Below are positions 20,901-30,500 of a stretch of 64,000 nt of DNA, in pieces. Within the stretch, counting starts at the first letter, position 1, and every line of letters starts with the position of its first letter. This DNA is from Thecamonas trahens ATCC 50062. Lineage: Eukaryota; Protista; Apusomonadida. Both the position numbers and the translations under genes were made by a program. The notes beneath the pieces were generated by a model. The model was not told the DNA's origin and ran no database searches. It saw nothing but the letters and a program-made list of their open reading frames with translations. The DNA is taken from NCBI RefSeq assembly GCF_000142905.1, contig NW_013657649.1, forward strand, positions 186,001 through 250,000, written 5' to 3'.

Positions 20901-21750
20901 CTCGATCACGCTCAACGCCCCGATCAACGCACTGGTCAACCTCGACCACACATCGTCAGGCGTCCTGCACCTCAAGATCAATGTGCAGGAGCCGGAGCAC
21001 TTTTCGCAGCCGCATGAGCTGGTCGTCAACCTAGTCGAGGCCACCAAGCTGGACCTCTGCGGTGCGCGCAGCGCTGCGGCTGTCTCGCCGTTTGCTGTTG
21101 TTCGCCTCGGCTCGACGCAGTACGTCTCGCGGATGTGCCACTCGACGCTCAACCCCGCATGGGACGACACCTTTGTGTTTGCCACCAAGCTCGAGGCTTT
21201 TGAGCAGCCGATGATCCACCTCGTGGTCCAAGTGCGGACGGCACAGGCCAAGGCTAGGGCCAAGGTCAAGGCGGCCTCCCAGACCAAAGCTCAAACGCCG
21301 GCCAAAGCCAAGGCCAAGGCCAAGGCCAAGGCCAAGGCCAAGGCCAAGGCCAAGGCCAAGACGCCAGCAAAGGCGACTGCGAGCGGGACGGGTGACAGAA
21401 AGGCCGTCAAGCGTACGGCCGACTCGAACAGGGGCTCGCTGACGCCCGGCCGCAAACAGGCCAAGGCCTTTGTGGTCGAGTCGCACGACTTGTACACAGA
21501 CGAGCAGACCGGCGCTAAGCTCCTTGTCACACTCCGAAACAAGTCGGACGAGACAGCATCGCTGAAGCGGGCGCGGCTGAAGATCACCGCACTCTCATCA
21601 GAGGACAAGACGCCGCTGCGCGCAATCCTGCCCGTGGTGGTCAAGCACTTTTCCAAGCGCGACATTGCGCCGGGTGACTGCCGGCGTCTGCGGCTCCCGT
21701 GGCCGAAGAGCATCCCGCTCGGGCCGACGCATGTTTCGCTCGACGCGTGA
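17941..21750 (+). CDS. IQ-motif, coiled-coil and C2-domain protein (1269 aa)
   Basis: IQ motifs IQSTWRGHRDR, IQTEYRAHAAR (x2), IQAVYRGHADR, IQALVRGHLAR. C2 domains LVVQVVEARNL...DPQW and LVVNLVEATKL...TLNPAWDDTFVF. (AK)n run at 21301-21360. Confidence 0.85.
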   Translation: MSRVAWLADKRAELGELWEQLEVPAVERRAFEKLWLVDDSPESVRAITHMVDWLEDLMGASLAVERAVEDRERVLAAFGRMEAALVAGEWEVQPQSAARAEVGELANDLRYATLAVVEAIVLWRQHMSRPLPFVWRGVNYMAKMSSDLHALIHLRLAAYLPCFVIENPLLILPQTRYRSGVKRSHRKSLQRPQTASGRSRPPTRSGRGRGRGRSQLRPASAAGRNRASGSPYAHRMQRRSPGSGSGSGSPPYRSLIESDDESEAESEQDAFVRRLIAAERLIKGERRIVESVRREREALLQQGLYMPIVCNPDDEPIELASRRAYDDDPALARIDLALAREWSEAQGEFARAQHEAMAATPLPGSSQPSTPRHACSDEASEALPRNLSPVRIAELGCESDGGDETHLAPSVASSSAQGTSDMYLAGGSVADDGMSVDAASTVVHPPDSSQSSEASHAGSNAGDVDVDAPASSRSLSSVLSGEARARAVAYARQESFAQRERAERNQAATHIQSTWRGHRDRRRALALRKKHRHRAAVKIQTEYRAHAARVQASQLRRERDAATKIQTEYRAHAARVKAANLRLLRSKEAKRAAREARRNDAATRIQAVYRGHADRRKFLNRREVVKREHFRDSQRSGGVGALKALIRSYMARQAVQSLHTELAARRSAQLEIVALQREEDARQAAKATVRAQRQAAMDTLVPQIQALVRGHLARVTFRQVLAARKAEAIARAEAKAKVIAAREKERLAAEHARAEAERDRRRLAKAEAEAKAEIAEIAEASASAATPAVMVTNPGDTSIAAVPVVIPDRPSEDKPLPVGDGGSGAKDTADDTLVVQVVEARNLPGRTKSGGINAFAAVSLGDDVQHTLSREDETDPQWKALFKFAINAADRPPDRFLNIAVYDHKVGRDGKTRRRSLGKTKVALAALELDHDTAMWLPLTVSEGDRQATKKPEMLEIAIFNGHGLQSSDPSAPDGAVLMGTIAMRVDSITLNAPINALVNLDHTSSGVLHLKINVQEPEHFSQPHELVVNLVEATKLDLCGARSAAAVSPFAVVRLGSTQYVSRMCHSTLNPAWDDTFVFATKLEAFEQPMIHLVVQVRTAQAKARAKVKAASQTKAQTPAKAKAKAKAKAKAKAKAKAKTPAKATASGTGDRKAVKRTADSNRGSLTPGRKQAKAFVVESHDLYTDEQTGAKLLVTLRNKSDETASLKRARLKITALSSEDKTPLRAILPVVVKHFSKRDIAPGDCRRLRLPWPKSIPLGPTHVSLDA

Positions 21751-21764
21751 GGAGCGCCCTGTGG

Positions 21765-22784
21765 TCACATGGTCCGCATCTCCATGTGTGTCCAGTCGGT
21801 GGTCGGAACCGAATCTAGCTCCTCGTCGGGCTCGGGCACTGTGAGTGCCGAGTAGTAGCCAGAGCGAAAGCCCGAGGCTATCGAGCCGCCAGGTTGCGGC
21901 TGGCGTCCTTGCGCGGGAGTGCTGCGGGTCGGCTCGGCTCCGGCCCGCTGTGCCAATGTGGTAAAGGTGGCACCGCCAGCGAGCAGTGCATCGCGCTGGA
22001 GCTTGACCAGCTGCGGCGAAAAGGTATTGGTTGAGGCAAGGTCCAGCCGCGGCGCACCTAGGCCGTCGGCGCGTGCATCGTGCAGTTTGACAAGGGTCCG
22101 CTTGATGTGTGCAATGCGAGTGCGTGCGCGGCGGGCCTCGGCTTGCGCCGGCGATTCGGGCGCAGAGTCCGAGGCCTCGTCCGAGAGTTCGCTCTCGGAG
22201 CCAGTGACGGCAGCGGCGGCAGCAGAGCGGCGGGCGCGAAATGCGGCGCGAAGGGCAGCATCTTCTGCGGCGCGGGCCTCGCGCTTGGCGCGAATAGAGG
22301 CGCGGGCACGGGCGCGGCGATCTTGGTCGGCCCTGTGGCGAGCCTGGAGATCGCGGGCGTGCTCGATCTTGTACAACCTCTTTTCAGCCCGCTTCTCAGC
22401 CGCCAGCTGAAGCTTCTTGGCCCCTGCAGCCTGCCGTGCTCTTCGCCTGCGGACTTTCTGCGCGCGGGCAGCATTTGCACGGGCGGCAGCCTCGGCAGCC
22501 TCGGCCTGCCGCACACGGGCCTCCCTCCGCTCGTCGCGGCGGCGCGCAGCCTCAGCGGCTAGCGCAGGGTGCGCTGCGACCAGCGCTTGCGCGCGAGCCC
22601 TTGTCCTTCCACCCTCTGACATCGACTGGCACTTCTCCACCGTAGAAGGCTCAACCCGTGTCTGTGTCGGTGCTCCCCGCCGTACCGAGCGTGGCGAGCG
22701 TGTCGAGCGTGGCGAGCGTGCCGAGGCCGGAGCAGCCGCAGACCGAAGCAGCGCTGCGCGTGTGAGGCGCACAGGCAGTGGCAT
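21765..22784 (-). CDS. Uncharacterised Arg/Ala-rich coiled-coil protein (~339 aa)
   Basis: Open frame from MPLPVRL with a charged helical segment; upstream part of the track ORF is antisense to CLP1 and microsatellites. Confidence 0.55.
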   Translation of the reverse strand: MPLPVRLTRAALLRSAAAPASARSPRSTRSPRSVRRGAPTQTRVEPSTVEKCQSMSEGGRTRARAQALVAAHPALAAEAARRRDERREARVRQAEAAEAAARANAARAQKVRRRRARQAAGAKKLQLAAEKRAEKRLYKIEHARDLQARHRADQDRRARARASIRAKREARAAEDAALRAAFRARRSAAAAAVTGSESELSDEASDSAPESPAQAEARRARTRIAHIKRTLVKLHDARADGLGAPRLDLASTNTFSPQLVKLQRDALLAGGATFTTLAQRAGAEPTRSTPAQGRQPQPGGSIASGFRSGYYSALTVPEPDEELDSVPTTDWTHMEMRTM

Positions 22785-22990
22785 GTATACGTGTGTATGT
22801 GTGTGTGTATATATATATATATATATGTGTATGTGTGTGTGTGTGTGTTGGGTGGTGGTGGTGGAGGTTGTGGTGGTTGTGGTGGTGGTGGTGGCGATGG
22901 CTGCCTGTGCTGGCGGTGGTAGTGGTGGCCTTGCTCGATCAGTGGCAGACAAGGCGACACGGGCAGGCCTTGGGGGGGGGGGGGGGGGAG
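22785..22990. repeat. (GT)n/(AT)n/(GGT)n and poly-G tract in divergent intergenic region
   Basis: Visible simple repeats between the divergent starts at 22784 and 23025. Confidence 0.85.
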
Positions 22991-23024
22991 GACCACTTCT
23001 CGACGCCAGGCAGGGGGTTGAGGT

Positions 23025-24296
23025 ATGTCTGCGTCCGGAGGAGGCAGCCATGTGGTGCGTGTGAACAAGGAGAGTGAGTATCGATTCGAGACGGGCGAGA
23101 CGGCGGTGACGGTGACGGTGCGGTCGGGCCACGCCGAGGTGTTTGGCGCAGAGGCTGCGGTGGGCGCCTCGTATGTCTTTGCCCCGCATACAAAGGCGGC
23201 ATTCTTCACCTGGCATGGGGCTGAGCTGGCGGTGGTGGGCGAGCCAGAGTCGGGCTATGTGGCGGGTGAGACGCCCATGCCTACCTACGCTAATGTTCAC
23301 GGCGCCCTGCAGACGCTGCGTGGCGAGGCAAGCACAAAGGCGGAGCTGACTGGGCCGGTGGTGGTGGTGGCCGGGCCGACAGACGTGGGCAAGTCGTCGC
23401 TGTGTAAGATCCTGGTCAACTTCGCCATCCGCGAAGGCGCCGCCCCGCTGTTTGTCGACCTCGACGTGGGCCAGGGCGGGATCACCGTGCCGGGCATGCT
23501 CGGCGCCCTCATCCTGGAGCGCCCGTTCGAGATCGAGACCGGGGCGCCCGACGGCTCGCCGCCGTTGGTCTACTTTTACGGCCACGCATCGCCCGGCGCC
23601 AACGCGGCGTTCTTTGAGCGCATGTTGGACAAGGTGGCCGGCGAGGCGCGCGAGCTGTTTGCGCTCAACGACGAGGTCCGCGCTGCTGGGGCGGTCATCA
23701 ACACCTGCGGTTGGATCGAGGGCGACGGACTTCGGCTGCTCAAGGAGACGATTGCCAAGTTCCAGGCCGACATTGTGCTTGTTCTCGATTCTGACCGGCT
23801 GACGCAAGAGCTGACATCGACGTTCAAGGACACGCCGTCGACCACGGTGGTCAAGCTGGCCAAGTCTGGCGGCGTGGTGACGCGATCGGCGACGTTCCGG
23901 CGGTCGGCAAGGTCTAGCAAGATGAAAGACTATTTTTATGGCCCGCACCGCGACCTTGCGCCGGCGGCCACGACCATCTACTTTCGCGACGTTCAGATCT
24001 ACCGGGTCGGCGCCGACGAGGTTGCGCCGCTTTCGGCGCTGCCGATCGGCGTCGAGGCCGCTGCCGAGCCCGTCGTCGTTTCCAAGGTTACGCCGTCGAA
24101 CGAGCTGCGCTCGTGCATCCTGGCGGTCTCATATGCCCAAAGCGAAGACGAGCTGCTCGACGCTAATATTGCCGGCTTCCTCCACGTCCAGGACGTGCAA
24201 GTCGACAAGGCCAAGATGATGGTCCTCGCTCCGAGCCAGGGCGAACTCCCAGGCCAGTTCCTCCTCGTCTCTGACGTTCAGTGGTTTGCCGACTAA
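23025..24296 (+). CDS. CLP1: Polyribonucleotide 5'-hydroxyl kinase Clp1
   Basis: EYRFE, GHAEVFGAE, FFTWHG, P-loop GPTDVGKS, DLDVGQG, INTCGW, KSGGVV and DYFYG motifs. Confidence 0.96.
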   Translation: MSASGGGSHVVRVNKESEYRFETGETAVTVTVRSGHAEVFGAEAAVGASYVFAPHTKAAFFTWHGAELAVVGEPESGYVAGETPMPTYANVHGALQTLRGEASTKAELTGPVVVVAGPTDVGKSSLCKILVNFAIREGAAPLFVDLDVGQGGITVPGMLGALILERPFEIETGAPDGSPPLVYFYGHASPGANAAFFERMLDKVAGEARELFALNDEVRAAGAVINTCGWIEGDGLRLLKETIAKFQADIVLVLDSDRLTQELTSTFKDTPSTTVVKLAKSGGVVTRSATFRRSARSSKMKDYFYGPHRDLAPAATTIYFRDVQIYRVGADEVAPLSALPIGVEAAAEPVVVSKVTPSNELRSCILAVSYAQSEDELLDANIAGFLHVQDVQVDKAKMMVLAPSQGELPGQFLLVSDVQWFAD

Positions 24297-24354
24297 AATG
24301 TATCGTTGAATCAGGTAGATATATGGCTACATGCTTATTTGCTTAGAGGCTGAT

Positions 24355-24437
24355 GCACAAGGGGGGAAACTCGGGGCGCGGCAGTCGCCCGACAAAGTCG
24401 GACGGCTCCCGCCGCGCCCGTCATGGACGCGCTGTGC
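24355..24437 (-). promoter_or_regulatory. SECIS element (type II-like, non-canonical apical GAG) in SELENOS 3' UTR
   Basis: Minus strand reads GCACAG...AUGAC-GGGCGCGGCGG-GAGC-CGUCCGAC-UUU-GUCGGGCG-A-CUGCCGCGCCC-CGAG...UUGUGC: helix I, UGAN/NGAN core, 11-bp helix II and apical ministem, ~180 nt downstream of the stop. Confidence 0.85.
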
Positions 24438-24617
24438 GGACTCACCACGGCGGCGGTGCACAAGCGCATGCATCAGTGTAGAAAACAGGAAGCCCGATGG
24501 CGGGTAGGGACGGTGTACGGCAGCAGAGCTGCACACGGCGACATGCGGATCGGGGCAACGGGGAAAGAGAGAGCGAGAGGCAGAGGCGCCCTCGGAGCAC
24601 ATTGCGGCTCCGAGGGC

Positions 24618-25094
24618 TTATCCTCAGCCGCCACGGCTTGGGCGCTTGCGGGCTGGACGATACGACGGGCCTCCGCCGTGCATACCGAGGGCACCTCCTC
24701 CGCCACCGGTGCCACCCCTTCTGTGGCGGAGAGACGACGGCCCACCGGGCGAGAGCGAGTCTGCCGCCGATGAGCGCGAGGGTGGAGCGGGAGAGGGAGC
24801 GGGCGGCTGGGCCGGACGCTCGGCAGCATCTGCGACGATCTTGTCCTGCAGGGCGTTGTATCGCTCTGCACGGCGGCGATCGAGGTCAGCACGGTACGAT
24901 GGGTCGCGTTCAAAGCGCGGGGCGAGGCCAAGGAGACGGCGGATGGCAGCGCCGAGATGCGACCAGACCACGGCAGCGAGGACCATGGCGGCGAGGAGGA
25001 GCCAGCCGTGCGAGGCAAGGAACTCGGTGGCTGTGGCGACGGGTGAGGCCAGCCATGGCGGCGTGGTGTATGCCAGGCTGGGGCTGGTGGCCAT
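24618..25094 (-). CDS. SELENOS: Selenoprotein S (VIMP), 158 aa, Sec at penultimate position
   Basis: FLASHGW plus a single TM, a charged helix and a Gly/Pro/Arg-rich tail GGGPSYRPARKRPSRGG, then TGA(24626-24624)-GGA-TAA = GGUG*, matching the SelS C-terminus; downstream SECIS. Confidence 0.92.
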
Positions 25095-25099
25095 GGGGG

Positions 25100-25355
25100 A
25101 AGGGGGGGGGGGGTGAGGTGGTGGTGGTGGTGGTGGTGGTGGTGGTGGTGTTTGGTGGTGGTGGTGGTGGTGGTGGTGGTGGTGGTGTTCGGTGGTGGTG
25201 GTGGTGATGGTGGTCGTCGTGTTCGGTGGTGGTGGTGGTCGTCGTCGTGTTCGATGGTGATGGTGGTGGTGGTCGTCGTGTTCGATGGTGGTCGTCGTCG
25301 TGTTCGATGGTGGTCGTCGTCGTGTTCGATGGTGATCGTCGTCGTGTTCGGTGGC
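25100..25355. repeat. Poly-G, (GGT)n and gtcgtcgtgttcgatggtg repeats
   Basis: Visible simple and compound repeats immediately upstream of SELENOS. Confidence 0.85.
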
Positions 25356-25687
25356 GGCAGGTGAACGTGACGTGATTGTGCTGGACGCCCAAGGTGTGAT
25401 GAGGTGTACCACATTGATGCCATAAGCATATGTGCATGTGTACTTGGGTGTACATGTGTGTGTCTTATTGGATGGCAGTGGTGGTCATCGTGGATGTGGT
25501 GGTCGTCGTAGTCATGGCGCATGAGACAGATCATGCCCCTCCCCCCCCCTCCCTGCGCCTGCGCAACTATCCTATCCCAGCCCCTCCCCCCCTCCCCCCC
25601 CCTCTCCCCCCCCCTCCCCCCCGCCCCTTCCCCCTTCCTTCCCCACCCCACTCGCCTCCTTACTGGCTGCTGCTGCAGGAAGAGGAC

Positions 25688-27564
25688 ATGGCGAACGCGT
25701 GGTGGGACGACGACGAGCCTGGAAGCTCTCCAGGCTCAGAGGATGCATGGTTGGAGGGTCTTCGGGCAAAGGCTGCCAGGGACCGTGCCGAAGCCCGCCG
25801 CAGACGAAACAGAACGGCGCCCGGACGCCGTGCTACCATTGTCCATGCTGGTGGTGGCTCGCTTGGGGACGATGCAGGAGGGCTTGGTCATGCTGATGGC
25901 GGTACTGATGATGGTGGTGGCGGCGCTGATGAGCTGCCGCCGGTGCTTGGCCAGCGAGCGCAGTCGGTGTCCGTCGGTGGCCGGCAGAGCGAGGACGATG
26001 ATGGTGGCGGTGGCGGCGGGGGGATGCCAGTCAGGACAGCGGAAGGCGCAATGGTGTGGGGGCTGGAGGCCGTGGGCGTGGGGTGACGCTGGAGGATGTG
26101 CTGCGGCCGTTTGGCCCGCTCGAGGCACTGCAGGTCGGCGGCGGTGGCGGCGGCGGCGACAGCATGGGCACGATCGAGGACAACCCGTTCTACCAAGAGG
26201 TGACGACGCGATATGCACACCTCCATGGGCACGCGTCGGCGAAAGGGTACGCGCTGGCGGTGCCGCGGGCGTCGTCGCTGGCGGGATACGTGGTCAACGA
26301 GGCCGCAGTGATGATGCACGTGCTCATGCCTGCAGCGTCAGAGACCGAGTTTATCACCATGGACCGGCGGCATGTGACGCTGGACAAGGAGCATGGGGTG
26401 CTGATCACCGGGCGTGGCTTCCGCGAGTCGCGAAGCGTGGGCATCCAGTTTGAGGAAGTCTTCTACAACGCCGACTTTCAGCCGTTCACCATCTTTTGCA
26501 TTGAGGAGCCGCTTGAGGGCGGACTCTCGTTTCTCTTTGCCACCGATGACGACGAGTTTGAGAGTGGTGGAGCAAGCGGCGGGGCAGACGGTAGCAGCGG
26601 CGGCGAGGAGACCGGGTGCGGCGGGGCGGGCGACGGTGGCAGCGAGAGCTCACGCGACCTGTACACGCTGGACGTTTTTCCGATCACCCATACGTATCCC
26701 GAGTACGTGTCACTGCTGACACGTCTGGCGAGTGCGTCGCTGGTGGGGTCGATTGTACCTGCACTGTGCGAGTTCAACCAGACTCCAATCAACCCGCAGA
26801 ACAACCACGCGTACACTGTGCGGCGGTTGCGGGCGCTGTGCGACGCGACGTTGACTGAGCTCGAGGTCAGCGTTGACGGGATTCGCGAAGCGATTGCGAG
26901 CGAGCCGCAGTACCAAGTCCAACTTCAGGTGGCGGTCGAGTCGTTTGTGCTCGGCGGGGTGAACACGCATCTCTTTGCGGTGCTATGTCAGTACCACGCG
27001 CGGCAGGAGCGGCGTGTTCAAGCCGGAATTGCGGCGCTGGGGGCCATGGGCCTCGACGAGATGGACGTGCGGCCGGAGCTCGCCGGATGTGAGCTGGGCG
27101 AGGCAAGCCGAATGGTTGAGCTGCTACGTGAGTGCCGGACGCCATTGGAGAAGAAGATGGTTGTTCGCGCAACATTGCAGACGATCACCCTCGCTGTGGA
27201 AACGCATCTAGAGGCCGGAGCGGAGCCGCTCAACGCGGACGACATGTTGTGGCTGGTGGTGTACGTGCTGTGCCGGGCCGAGGTGAGCCACTTGTACGCT
27301 CATGTGGTGCACATGCGCGAGTTTACATTGTACTCTGCATCACTGCAAGAACTGGCTTACTATGTGGCGTCGCTCGACGTGGCGGTGGCATTCCTCGCGC
27401 AGCGGGGCGGAACGAACGTCACGTCTGACGACGACGATGATGACGACGATGACGTGGACGATGGCGGGGTGGAGGCCGCGGCGGGGTGGAGCGCTGCCGG
27501 GGCTCACGAGCTTGTCAACCAGTCACAGGAGGCGGTAGCGCGCGATGCGGCTGTTACCACTTGA
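25688..27564 (+). CDS. VPS9-domain Rab GEF with VARP/ANKRD27-like N-terminal domain, no ankyrin repeats; 5' end uncertain
   Basis: DNPFY...LAVP...IQFEEVFYN...IFCIEEPLE resembles the VARP N-terminus; VPS9 motifs TPLEK, NADDML, ELAYYVASL. The first frame (MANAWW, 25688) joins via +1 nt at G-run 26080-26083 or a weak intron 26054-26133; alternative start 26164. Confidence 0.75.
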
Positions 27565-30500
27565 CCTGGGCCTGGGAAGCGGACATGTCGCCCTCCTCAA
27601 CGGCGACGACGTCCCAGTACGACGACTTGAACTTGAGGTAGTCGACCGTGTGATCGTAGCCCTCGCCAGCGTATTCTGTAGTGTAGCCGGAGCCCGAATC
27701 AAAGTCTTCGGGCGACTCGGAGGTGCCAGACGACTTCTTGTTCTTCTTCTTGCCAGCCTTGGAGGACTTGCTGGGTTTGGCTGGCGGTAGGACAGCGTGG
27801 TCACCGCTGATGCCGGACGAGAGGTCGGCCTTGATCTTGCCCTTGCCCTTTGCCTTCTTGCCCTTTGCCTTCTTGGCCTTCTTGGTCTTCTTAGCCTTCT
27901 TGGTCTTCTTAGCCTTCTTGGTCTTCTTTGACGTTGGAAGAGCCTGGTCGACGGCATCGCCAGAAGAGATTTCGACAGCACCGGCCTTCTTGGCCTTAGT
28001 CTTCTTGGCCTTGGCCTTCTTGGCCTTTTTGGCCTTCTTGGCCTTCGCATCTTTGCCCTTCTTCTTGCCCTTCTTGCCAGCCTTGACAGCATGGTCGGCG
28101 TAGTCGGTGTCGTACTCGGAGAGGTCGGAGCTGGAGCTAGAGGATGAATCGGAGCCTGACTTCTTGCTGGTTGCCTTGCCGGCATGATCAGCGTAATCGG
28201 TGTCGTACTCGGAGAAGTTGGATGGGGCAACGGCCCTGTCGCTGGCGCCACCGGAAGAGACATCAACGGCAGCGGCCTTCTTGCTCTTGCCCTTCTTGCC
28301 CTTCTTGCCCTTCTTCTTGCCGACCTTGGCTGCATGATCAGCGTAGTCGGTGTCGTACTCGGAAAGGTCGGAGCTTGAGCCGGACTTCTTCTTGTCCTTC
28401 TTGCCCTTGCCCTTCGTACCCTTCTTGCCCTTCTTCTTGCCGGCATGATCGGCATAGTCGGTGTCGTACTCTGAGTAGTTGGACGGGGCGGCGGCCTTGT
28501 CACCGGCATCACCAGAAGAGACATCAACGGCGGCGGCCTTCTTACCCTTGCCCTTCTTGCCCTTCTTGCCCTTCTTGCCCTTCTTACCCTTCTTCTTGCC
28601 CTTCTTCTTGCCGGCCTTGGCAGCATGGTCGGCGTAGTCGGTGTCGTACTCGGAAAGGTCGGAGCTTGAGCCGGACTTCTTCTTGTCCTTCCTGCCCTTC
28701 TTGCCCTTCTTACCCTTCTTCTTGCCCTTCTTCTTGCCGGTCTTGGAAGCATGGTCGGCGTAGTCGGCGTCGTACTCTGAGTAGTTGGACGGGGCGGCGG
28801 CCTTGTCACCGGCATCACCAGAAGAGACATCAACGGCGGCGGCCTTCTTGTCCTTGCCCTTCTTGCCCTTCTTGCCCTTCTTCTTGCCTTCTTCTTGCCG
28901 TCCTTGCAGCATAGTCGGAGTAGTCGGTGTCGTACTACGGAAAGGTCGGAGCTTGAGCCGGACTTCTTCTTGTCCTTCTTGCCCTTGCCCTGCCCTTCTT
29001 ACCCTTCTTCTTGCCCTTCTTCTTGCCGGCCTTGGAAGCATGGTCGGCGTAGTCGGTGTCGTACTCTGAGTAGTTGGAGCGAGCAGCAGCCTTGTCACCG
29101 GCATCGCCAGAAGAGACATCAACGGCGGCGGCCTTCTTGCCCTTGCCCTTCTTGCCCNNNNNNNNNNNNNNNNNNNNNNNNNNNNNNNNNNNNNNNNNNN
29201 NNNNNNNNNNNNNNNNNNNNNNNNNNNNNNNNNNNNNNNNNNNNNNNNNNNNNNNNNNNNNNNNNNNNNNNNNNNNNNNNNNNNNNNNNNNNNNNNNNNN
29301 NNNNNNNNNNNNNNNNNNNNNNNNNNNNNNNNNNNNNNNNNNNNNNNNNNNNNNNNNNNNNNNNNNNNNNNNNNNNNNNNNNNNNNNNNNNNNNNNNNNN
29401 NNNNNNNNNNNNNNNNNNNNNNNNNNNNNNNNNNNNNNNNNNNNNNNNNNNNNNNNNNNNNNNNNNNNNNNNNNNNNNNNNNNNNNNNNNNNNNNNNNNN
29501 NNNNNNNNNNNNNNNNNNNNNNNNNNNNNNNNNNNNNNNNNNNNNNNNNNNNNNNNNNNNNNNNNNNNNNNNNNNNNNNNNNNNNNNNNNNNNNNNNNNN
29601 NNNNNNNNNNNNNNNNNNNNNNNNNNNNNNNNNNNNNNNNNNNNNNNNNNNNNNNNNNNNNNNNNNNNNNNNNNNNNNNNNNNNNNNNNNNNNNNNNNNN
29701 NNNNNNNNNNNNNNNNNNNNNNNNNNNNNNNNNNNNNNNNNNNNNNNNNNNNNNNNNNNNNNNNNNNNNNNNNNNNNNNNNNNNNNNNNNNNNNNNNNNN
29801 NNNNNNNNNNNNNNNNNNNNNNNNNNNNNNNNNNNNNNNNNNNNNNNNNNNNNNNNNNNNNNNNNNNNNNNNNNNNNNNNNNNNNNNNNNNNNNNNNNNN
29901 NNNNNNNNNNNNNNNNNNNNNNNNNNNNNNNNNNNNNNNNNNNNNNNNNNNNNNNNNNNNNNNNNNNNNNNNNNNNNNNNNNNNNNNNNNNNNNNNNNNN
30001 NNNNNNNNNNNNNNNNNNNNNNNNNNNNNNNNNNNNNNNNNNNNNNNNNNNNNNNNNNNNNNNNNNNNNNNNNNNNNNNNNNNNNNNNNNNNNNNNNNNN
30101 NNNNNNNNNNNNNNNNNNNNNNNNNNNCTTCTTGCCGGCATGATCGGCGTAGTCGGTGTCGTACTCTGAGTAGTTGGAGCGAGCAGCAGCCTTGTCACCG
30201 GCGTCACCGGAAGAGACATCAACGGCGGCGGCCTTCTTACCCTTGCCCTTCTTGCCCTTCTTGCCCTTCTTGCCCTTCTTCTTGCCCTTCTTCTTACCGG
30301 CCTTGGCTGCATGATCGGCGTAGTCGGTGTCGTACTCGGAAAGGTCGGAGCTTGAGCCGGACTTTTTCTTGTCCTTCTTGCCCTTGCCCTTCGTACCCTT
30401 CTTGCCGGCATGATCGGCGTAGTCGGTGTCGTACTCTGAGTAGTTGGAGCGAGCAGCAGCCTTGTCACCGGCGTCACCGGAAGAGACATCAACGGCGGCG

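Noticed and set aside
22785-23948. N-terminal half of the 727-aa minus ORF
   Set aside because: Antisense shadow of CLP1 plus microsatellite-encoded sequence.
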